64,000 nucleotides of DNA from positions 33,284 through 97,283 of the IMG/VR virus record IMGVR_UViG_3300035208_007155. One strand, given 5' to 3'. Shown here one piece after another: positions 57,397 to 64,000 of the stretch. Each line of letters starts with the position of its first letter. Within the stretch, counting starts at the first letter, position 1. Under the pieces are notes generated by a model that was not told where the DNA came from, did not search any database, and saw nothing but the letters and a program-made list of their open reading frames with translations. This DNA is from a virus (taxonomy: Duplodnaviria > Caudoviricetes). Made by a program: the position numbers and the translations under genes.

Positions 57397-57942
57397 ATGA
57401 TAAGTTGCGACGAAAATGAATGCGAATACTTTGGACAACCCACCAATGGCAAACTCTTGGTTTTGCCAAAGTCTGCTGCTAGTAATTTCACCTACGATAA
57501 GCCGTGGGCTTGTATCTCTATTGGCTGTGAACCGGGTGATTGGCCTAAAATCAACAAGTGCCAACAAGTTGATCTTCTTCAAATCGCTTTTGCCGATCTT
57601 GATAGACCACTCAATCAAGAAGAGTCAACTGATTATGCCGAAAGTCACAAAAGCCACAAGCTGAACCCAATTCTATTCACTCCCGAACACGCTCAGCAAA
57701 TTTGGGATTTTGTAGAAAAAAATTGGGATAAAGTTGAACTCCTTATGGTGCATTGCCTTGCAGGTGCTTCTCGCTCTCCAGCAGTTGCAGCCGCTATTGC
57801 ATTAAAAAAATATGAAAATGACAATCTGTATTTTCAACTCTATTGCCCAAATCGATTAGTCTATAGAACACTCTTGGAAACAACAGGACTGTCTCTTAAG
57901 CCACATCCCGTGGTCAAAATAGCAAATAAAGAACTGTTCTAA
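57397..57942 (+). CDS. Protein tyrosine/dual-specificity phosphatase family
   Basis: VHCLAGASRS (CX5R), FADLD, PN..VY; GAGGA RBS. Confidence 0.88.
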   Translation: MISCDENECEYFGQPTNGKLLVLPKSAASNFTYDKPWACISIGCEPGDWPKINKCQQVDLLQIAFADLDRPLNQEESTDYAESHKSHKLNPILFTPEHAQQIWDFVEKNWDKVELLMVHCLAGASRSPAVAAAIALKKYENDNLYFQLYCPNRLVYRTLLETTGLSLKPHPVVKIANKELF

Positions 57943-57956
57943 AACATATATAAAGT

Positions 57957-58187
57957 ATGACATGCTTTTCAGCAACAGAATTTGATGACAGTTTTTATGT
58001 TTGCATTGCAGTAGCACCCGTCGTTACAGTAAAAACACCCGCTATTTGTCGGGCGGAACAAAAGTTTTATTGCAGCACCTATAGCAGATGTACCAAGTCC
58101 CTTCTGATAAATAATGCCTACGTGCCCGCCATCACAGTTTGTCAAATGGACTCGTTGTATGCACAATATCTCAAAAGCATAAATTAA
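57957..58187 (+). CDS. Small Cys-rich protein
   Basis: CATATATAA directly upstream; fills the gap. Confidence 0.5.
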   Translation: MTCFSATEFDDSFYVCIAVAPVVTVKTPAICRAEQKFYCSTYSRCTKSLLINNAYVPAITVCQMDSLYAQYLKSIN

Positions 58188-59002
58188 AGTAAAGCCATCC
58201 GTAAGGCTTGTTCATCTTTAATTACATAATTTCCATCCAATGCATACTTTACACCACGTTGACAATAACGAAAGAAAATAGAATCATATAGCCATTCATT
58301 GGGCTCGGCTACATGTATCTTTATTTTTCGACTGACACCATCTGCGTTCTTCTTCAAACAGCCTTGAATATCACGCACTAATAATTCATATAAGCTCAAG
58401 TCTACTGCCCGCCAACTCATCCAGCCAAATGCAAACAACCCAGTAGGATATTGCCACGGTGGAGTTATTAATGGTCTGCCCAAAATGACATAGACTTCAT
58501 CACAACCAGCATCAATACATTGTTGTAGTGGTGCCATCTGCCGAGCACCAGCATCTACCCACCCATTTCTGTCATGCACAATTCCAGGTATTGCCACTGC
58601 ACCTAGTGCAGCGTCGGCAAATTCTTCTCTGGAAACTTTTGTGCTCCATATGTACTCAATTTCCCCGCTCACAATATTTAGTCTTGTGACTACCCCTGTG
58701 CAAAATGGACCCTGTTGCACAATTTTGCCAACCACTTTTTCAGCAGGCTTCTCATTGAATATTCCACGATTCCATAAAAAATTCCAATTAAAACCAAATA
58801 AGCTAAGAATGGTGGTAACACCATTCCACATATCAACAAGGCCCTGCGGACCAGCGTATGCATAGCCTGTCGAACATGCAGAACCAGATGATGCCCCCAT
58901 GACAAAATCAGCCTTGATTCCATGCTTTTGATATAAATCTAACGCTATTCCAGCTTGAATCGCTCCCCTAGAGCCGTCCCCAGAAAAACAAAAACCTATC
59001 AT
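58184..59002 (-). CDS. Patatin-like phospholipase
   Basis: SGDGSRG, GASSG nucleophile, WVDAG. Confidence 0.85.
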   Translation of the reverse strand: MIGFCFSGDGSRGAIQAGIALDLYQKHGIKADFVMGASSGSACSTGYAYAGPQGLVDMWNGVTTILSLFGFNWNFLWNRGIFNEKPAEKVVGKIVQQGPFCTGVVTRLNIVSGEIEYIWSTKVSREEFADAALGAVAIPGIVHDRNGWVDAGARQMAPLQQCIDAGCDEVYVILGRPLITPPWQYPTGLFAFGWMSWRAVDLSLYELLVRDIQGCLKKNADGVSRKIKIHVAEPNEWLYDSIFFRYCQRGVKYALDGNYVIKDEQALRMALL

Positions 59003-59508
59003 TTTTTATTCCTTTTAGTTTGCCAATCTTTAATAGATTTAAGTGGTAATACAAACATCAATATATTTAATGTCAAATTATCACTAATCAACCATAATGT
59101 TGTGAGTTCCATCGCCACTATCAATGCCACAATTGTATAATAAGGCACATAAAGACATAAAGTATAACCAGCTATTACACACAAAATATCACACACTGAA
59201 TTTAAGACGGTATCACCAGTGTAGTCTGTTGATGATGTCTTAGTTCTGTAATGATTGATAACAAAAGGTGAATTCTCCATCATCTCCCAAATGGCCTCTA
59301 ATAATACGGCTATCCACAATTGACCACACCAAAAAAACACAAAACCATGTATGATGTGCGAAGGAGAATACCAATCAAACATCTGTCTGGAAGATTCTTC
59401 CATGTTTCCCCATATTTTTATCTTCTCTGGGAAAATCCTCCTCCCAAATAATAACTCAACCGAAACCATTACCACTAATATAATTGCTATTATCGATGCT
59501 GCTGCCAT
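58999..59508 (-). CDS. DUF2585-like membrane protein
   Basis: DWYSPSHIIHG, WEMMENSP, YTGDTVLNSVCD, DNLTLNI. Confidence 0.8.
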   Translation of the reverse strand: MAAASIIAIILVVMVSVELLFGRRIFPEKIKIWGNMEESSRQMFDWYSPSHIIHGFVFFWCGQLWIAVLLEAIWEMMENSPFVINHYRTKTSSTDYTGDTVLNSVCDILCVIAGYTLCLYVPYYTIVALIVAMELTTLWLISDNLTLNILMFVLPLKSIKDWQTKRNKK

Positions 59509-60185
59509 TGTAAATAATCTTTCGCATATCTTTCAAGTTCACGCCCAGACAAACTTTGTATCTTTGCTCTTATTTTTTCTTTTGAATATTCTGGATGTTC
59601 TCGCATCGCTGCCGACATCAACCTTCCTCGCAACTGCTTATCTCTTGAACGATAGCCTTCTTTTCCCCAATCCCTTGGCCATTCCCCATATCTCTGCAAT
59701 AAACGCAATAATGCCGATCCTTTAATAAACTGATCCGGCATCCTCGAATCACTATAATAATCCCCAGGCTCTGCCCCCCTTGGATATTCCTCTCCCCATT
59801 TGTCTTCCTCTGGACGACGAGATACTGTTGCTCTTTCGCCAGCAAATTTATCCATATTGTCTTGTGGTCCAATCTCATCATGCATCACACATAACAAACC
59901 ATAGTTTCTTATGTCGTCATCCGTAACATCTTGAAATCCTTTGCCTAATTTCTTGCTAATATGATGCACCATAGCATTCACAGCCCTGCCCAATCCCTTC
60001 TTATCCGCCATAAATATTACTTCATCGCTCTCGGTCGGTGGCTGTCCGTAGGTTTCATCGTCGTATCCAGAACTACTTTGAAAATCACCAACTTGACCAA
60101 ATAAACCTATTTGACGAATAGAGGGCTCATTATCCACCACTGTGCCATGATACAACGTTCGTTCTATGAAATTTCTAAAATTCAT
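59490..60185 (-). CDS. Putative ADP-ribosyltransferase-fold protein with leader
   Basis: MNFRNFIE, then LYHGT....SI...GL and VIFMA. Confidence 0.55.
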   Translation of the reverse strand: MNFRNFIERTLYHGTVVDNEPSIRQIGLFGQVGDFQSSSGYDDETYGQPPTESDEVIFMADKKGLGRAVNAMVHHISKKLGKGFQDVTDDDIRNYGLLCVMHDEIGPQDNMDKFAGERATVSRRPEEDKWGEEYPRGAEPGDYYSDSRMPDQFIKGSALLRLLQRYGEWPRDWGKEGYRSRDKQLRGRLMSAAMREHPEYSKEKIRAKIQSLSGRELERYAKDYLQWQQHR

Positions 60186-61330
60186 TGCTTAAAAAACAAC
60201 TTTCTATTTTCTTTGTCCAAAGCATAATAAATATGTCTCATCTGTTTTTCATTCTTCTTCGACCACGCATCCTTTATGCGATTGCTTATCTCCTCACCAG
60301 ATTTAATGCGTAGTCCAGAAGCTGTGTTCAAATCTCCCGCCGATAAAGCTGGATGAACGTTTTCTCCCCAATCATTTCCTTGTAAATCTTGACTGTCTGT
60401 TATGCCTATGGTTTTGTTTAATATGTCTGAAATTTCTTGATCTGTTGCCGCAACAAGATTTGTGTTCACAACCTGTTGAAGATATTGCTTTGCCTCCTTG
60501 TCATCCATGTAAAAAGATTTTGTGGGCAATCGTTTGTTTAATACTTTTCTAGCAATGTCTTGAATTGATCGCTGAAATTGTCCACGCTCATGAGGTGCGG
60601 CCTTCATATACTCACGAGCAGTTGTCAAAGCCTCTTGTTCTGTTGCGTCTTCCCAGCCAGAAAGATTGTTTCTTGCTTTGAATAATGCCTTTGATAACTT
60701 TTGAGCATCATCTTCTTGCTTTTTCTTTTGCATTGCCCAACGCTCACTTTGAGCCTTTATGTCGGCATCAAATCGATGCATGTGTTGTAAATGCTCCTCA
60801 TCATGCTCCAACTCATCGTTCAGATAATCAAGCCATTTTATTACAGGCTCTGGAAGTGGCGGGCGTTCTATTTGTTTGTAACTGTAATCATCTGTGATCG
60901 TCCTCTGTTTACACCAATGTAGTTCAAAAATAGCATTGTGGAGACCACCCATTGAACGATCAGATATAAAAATTCGCTTCTCAGCATCCCCCATTTTATG
61001 AAATTCATCAGGAGCATGCGTGCGATAAAGCGAAGGTATGTAACCGAATCGTGTGGCAGTTACGTCCCACATGGCCTTTTTTAATGCTTCATATGGCGTC
61101 TTAATAATCTCACCAAGCGGCTTGTTCCACCAACCTAGTTGGGCAATAACCTCAGAAGCAGAATAATCATAACTCTTTGGAAGCCAAAGCGTATCAATCC
61201 TGCTATTTAATGTGATTGGTTCTAATGGCTTGTCTGGCTTACGATATTTGCGACGAACCTCATCACTCGATAAATAACGATCAGGGTCTTCTTCCTCTTC
61301 TTCTAACCATAGTCTAAATTTAAACTCCAT
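60182..61330 (-). CDS. Hypothetical protein with leader
   Basis: MEFKFRLWLEEEEE; GATATATATC upstream. Confidence 0.75.
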   Translation of the reverse strand: MEFKFRLWLEEEEEDPDRYLSSDEVRRKYRKPDKPLEPITLNSRIDTLWLPKSYDYSASEVIAQLGWWNKPLGEIIKTPYEALKKAMWDVTATRFGYIPSLYRTHAPDEFHKMGDAEKRIFISDRSMGGLHNAIFELHWCKQRTITDDYSYKQIERPPLPEPVIKWLDYLNDELEHDEEHLQHMHRFDADIKAQSERWAMQKKKQEDDAQKLSKALFKARNNLSGWEDATEQEALTTAREYMKAAPHERGQFQRSIQDIARKVLNKRLPTKSFYMDDKEAKQYLQQVVNTNLVAATDQEISDILNKTIGITDSQDLQGNDWGENVHPALSAGDLNTASGLRIKSGEEISNRIKDAWSKKNEKQMRHIYYALDKENRKLFFKQ

Positions 61331-61333
61331 GTT

Positions 61334-61343
61334 GATATATATC
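61334..61343. promoter_or_regulatory. Palindromic putative late promoter GATATATATC between divergent cargo operons
   Basis: Located between ATG 61330 (-) and ATG 61365 (+). Confidence 0.55.
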
Positions 61344-61364
61344 GTAAACTGAGAAATTATTGAG

Positions 61365-62420
61365 ATGAACTTTAAACAGTGGATAGAAGCACAAGGTATG
61401 GTTAACGATCCCTGGACCGCTATGGAAATCCTGGGTCTTACAAATAAATCGGGCGGAAATCTCGATCCACAAGAACTTATGGCTGCCTATCGATCCGCTG
61501 CCAAAAACGCTCATCCCGATGCCGGTGGCAGTAATCAACAAATGTCCCTGGTAAACGCAGCCAAAGATTTCCTCCAATCCTATGGCCAACCACTACCCAC
61601 TAAACCCGATGTAAAACAAAAAAGCTTCTGGGATACCGGCACATCTGTAAAAACAACAACTAAAAAAGAAAAACCCAGAGGCTCAGAATCCTATACCGTC
61701 AAAGATTTAGAAGCATTTATCCACTCCGTTATGGAAATGGGTGCCACCAATGTCTTCGTTAAAACAAAAGTAGATCGTATGCCAATGGATGCAGAATTCG
61801 GTGACGGTGTTGGTAGCCGACCATTAGGTAGCCAAGAGAAAAAAATAAGTGGCAAAGATTGGAACGCCGATCAATACCTGTCCTTCATCTTCAACACCAT
61901 GTCCAAAGATAGAGCCGAATACCCAGAAGGTATCGTTTGTATCAAAACAATCCCACAAGCCCAACAACCCTATGGCTGGATTACCTACTATTGGTCCGCT
62001 GATCGAAGCTGGGAACGATTCCTCGGTGCCTATTCCGCCGATTATTACGTCCGCACCATCGAATTCATCAAACCAACCGAACCAGTAGCCAAACCTAAAG
62101 ATGCTCTGAAAAATCGAGCTAATGTCGAAAACTACCTCAGAGAAAAAGGTATGAAACTTTTGGCAGCTAATAAAGATCATTATTGGGGACTTGCAGAACA
62201 TATGGGAAGACGAACCCCTATCGGCTACCTTATCGAAACTAGCCCCAGAGTTTTCTCTATCATCCATCGTTACCAATACAAAGGTAGCTATCGATCAGAA
62301 ATGAAAGTCATTACACTTGACTCTAAATCCTATGGACAGGTTACACCCGCTATGGTAGATATTGCAATCAATTGGGTTAAAAAACGATATGAACAAAAAG
62401 GATTCGGTGAAAAAGAATGA
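61365..62420 (+). CDS. J-domain (DnaJ-like) protein with leader
   Basis: MNFKQWIE; ILGL...AAYRSAAKNAHPDAGGS...LVNAA. Confidence 0.85.
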   Translation: MNFKQWIEAQGMVNDPWTAMEILGLTNKSGGNLDPQELMAAYRSAAKNAHPDAGGSNQQMSLVNAAKDFLQSYGQPLPTKPDVKQKSFWDTGTSVKTTTKKEKPRGSESYTVKDLEAFIHSVMEMGATNVFVKTKVDRMPMDAEFGDGVGSRPLGSQEKKISGKDWNADQYLSFIFNTMSKDRAEYPEGIVCIKTIPQAQQPYGWITYYWSADRSWERFLGAYSADYYVRTIEFIKPTEPVAKPKDALKNRANVENYLREKGMKLLAANKDHYWGLAEHMGRRTPIGYLIETSPRVFSIIHRYQYKGSYRSEMKVITLDSKSYGQVTPAMVDIAINWVKKRYEQKGFGEKE

Positions 62421-62665
62421 ACTTCAAACAATGGATAGAAAGTTTTCGTCATCCAAGCAACGTCCCAGTTGACTTCGCTATGGCTATCTATAAAATCTTC
62501 CATAATCAAGCCGATTATCCAGAATGGGAAACCTTGGATAGCTATCAAGCACACCAAGACCCAGTTTTCGATTGGATCAATGCAGTTCTACAAGCAAATG
62601 GTGTAGAAGATACAAAAAAAGAAATAGATTGGTTTAAAATGCAATTGGCCAAAGGTAGAAATTAA
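62417..62665 (+). CDS. Small protein with leader
   Basis: MNFKQWIE, the same first 8 aa as the preceding gene; ATGA overlap. Confidence 0.75.
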   Translation: MNFKQWIESFRHPSNVPVDFAMAIYKIFHNQADYPEWETLDSYQAHQDPVFDWINAVLQANGVEDTKKEIDWFKMQLAKGRN

Positions 62666-62712
62666 TATAGTCCCAACTTCGGGGCACATTTATTAAATGC
62701 ATTTCCATTCGC

Positions 62713-63228
62713 TTAAACCGTCACTAACCTCGAACCGCTTGGCTTTTCATCCCAATAAGTTGGCTCAGGTTTGGGAGCATTTTCATCATCGCCATCATCA
62801 TCCTTTTGCCAATCATCTATTACTTTTTTTACCCAAATTGCTAATTCATGGGGCGTATGCAATCTTCCTCCCGAAGTATTGCTTCGCTCCCCTACCTTTT
62901 TGAGATTGTAACCACCCCAACTATTCTTGCCCATCATTACCGTTATATTTCCTATAATTTCAACCTTGGAATTACCATCAATCTCCCCAGTCATCGAATC
63001 GTAAGAATCAATCGGTCGCTCATCTACAGCATTCGCCGTCAAAAAGAAATGCCCCTTGGTACAATAAAAATGACCAGCAACTGTTACCGTTTTTATGCCA
63101 CTCAATCCGTATGGACGTGGTTCAAATTTCCATTCTCCATCCGTTACAACAAACTCCAATGTTTTCTTGATCGCTTCCGTTATGTCTTTAAACTTCACAG
63201 TCGCTTCTAACCATGTTCTAAATTTCAT
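62713..63228 (-). CDS. Hypothetical protein with leader
   Basis: MKFRTWLE; ATGA overlap. Confidence 0.75.
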   Translation of the reverse strand: MKFRTWLEATVKFKDITEAIKKTLEFVVTDGEWKFEPRPYGLSGIKTVTVAGHFYCTKGHFFLTANAVDERPIDSYDSMTGEIDGNSKVEIIGNITVMMGKNSWGGYNLKKVGERSNTSGGRLHTPHELAIWVKKVIDDWQKDDDGDDENAPKPEPTYWDEKPSGSRLVTV

Positions 63229-63911
63229 GTTCCAAAAAATCTCCTTAAATCTATTGCATAATTATAGTCCTTGGGGCCATACATCTTATCCTTCCTACCC
63301 GTGCCATTATCATAAATACTCTCCCCCCCACCACGATACATACCCAGTTGTAAATTCGATACTGCTCGGTGCAATTCGTCAATCCTTTTTATCTGCTGCC
63401 TCGTTGGCATTTTAAAAATCCTTAAATTCGCATAATCATTGCCATAATGTAAACTCATCGACCCAAACCGCTCACAAAATTCCCTAATGGCCCAAGAACC
63501 ACTAACAATACCAACATCATCCCGCAGAAAATGACCAACCTCTCGATGGTCAATCCCCCGCACGTCACCGGGAGCACCCTTGTTGCTCCCAGAAAAATTT
63601 AGCATACTTCCATCAGCCAAAATATAACCCGCTACCGCAAAATTATTCGTAATCCCATAATACCGCTTTATTCGAGTTAATAACTTCTCATCTGGGCTTC
63701 GCTCCACAGACTTACGATGTAATGACCGAAGTGCAGCGGCATGGTCGGGAAATATCTTTTCATCAATCTCCCCATCCCTCATCATACCAGTCATTATTCT
63801 TTTCGCATCCTCAGCACCACGCCAATCATAACCCTTCCGAACCATATAATTATTAACAGATTGCCACTGCTGAGTCGTTAAATTCGTTTCTAAAAAATTT
63901 CTAAATTCCAT
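63225..63911 (-). CDS. Hypothetical protein with leader
   Basis: MEFRNFLE; AGYILADGSMLNFSG...DHRE motif; CTATATAATAGTA upstream. Confidence 0.75.
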   Translation of the reverse strand: MEFRNFLETNLTTQQWQSVNNYMVRKGYDWRGAEDAKRIMTGMMRDGEIDEKIFPDHAAALRSLHRKSVERSPDEKLLTRIKRYYGITNNFAVAGYILADGSMLNFSGSNKGAPGDVRGIDHREVGHFLRDDVGIVSGSWAIREFCERFGSMSLHYGNDYANLRIFKMPTRQQIKRIDELHRAVSNLQLGMYRGGGESIYDNGTGRKDKMYGPKDYNYAIDLRRFFGT

Positions 63912-64000
63912 TACTATTATATAGCAAATGCCCTGGACTTTTTAAGACAGGGAACAATTGCACGCAATAGGGCGGCAATTATAACAATATGAGGTGTTTT

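Noticed and set aside
58184-59002. CBASS CapV effector
   Set aside because: No CD-NTase is adjacent; the nearby nucleotidyltransferase is CCA-class.
1-64000. Stop-codon reassignment
   Set aside because: Long genes are intact in the standard code, and TAA, TAG and TGA all occur at sensible gene ends.
1-64000. tRNA or other structured RNA genes
   Set aside because: Intergenic gaps are very short and no cloverleaf was seen by eye; tRNAscan-SE or Infernal would be needed to exclude them.

Overview
AT-rich, densely coding 64-kb segment of a large (jumbo/huge) T4-like myovirus read in the standard bacterial code. A minus-strand tail/baseplate module spans about 20.7-50.8 kb: tape measure, tube initiator, gp53-, gp27-, gp5-, gp25- and gp6-like proteins, three PKD-domain paralogs, and interspersed sugar-modification genes. 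The left arm carries a DNA primase, a RecB/Cas4-like nuclease, a DNA methyltransferase, two regulator-linked homing endonucleases, an M4-type protease and an actin-like protein most similar (from recall) to haloarchaeal volactin. The main hidden pattern is that about 16 otherwise unrelated ORFs begin with the same short leader (M-x1-5-F-x-x-[FWY]-[LIV]-x0-3-E, e.g. MKTFQQFLE, MNFKQWIE, MKFRTWLE), resembling the T4 internal-protein capsid-targeting sequence. The leader sits on two ADP-ribosyltransferase-like proteins, a CCA-enzyme homolog with altered catalytic residues, a J-domain protein and a 1250-aa protein, which suggests a large tagged arsenal of head-packaged, injected proteins. Many genes sit directly behind a short, often palindromic (C/A)TATATA(A/G)/CATAAATA late-promoter-like motif that appears to serve divergent gene pairs. 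All family assignments come from motif recognition by eye, not from database searches.
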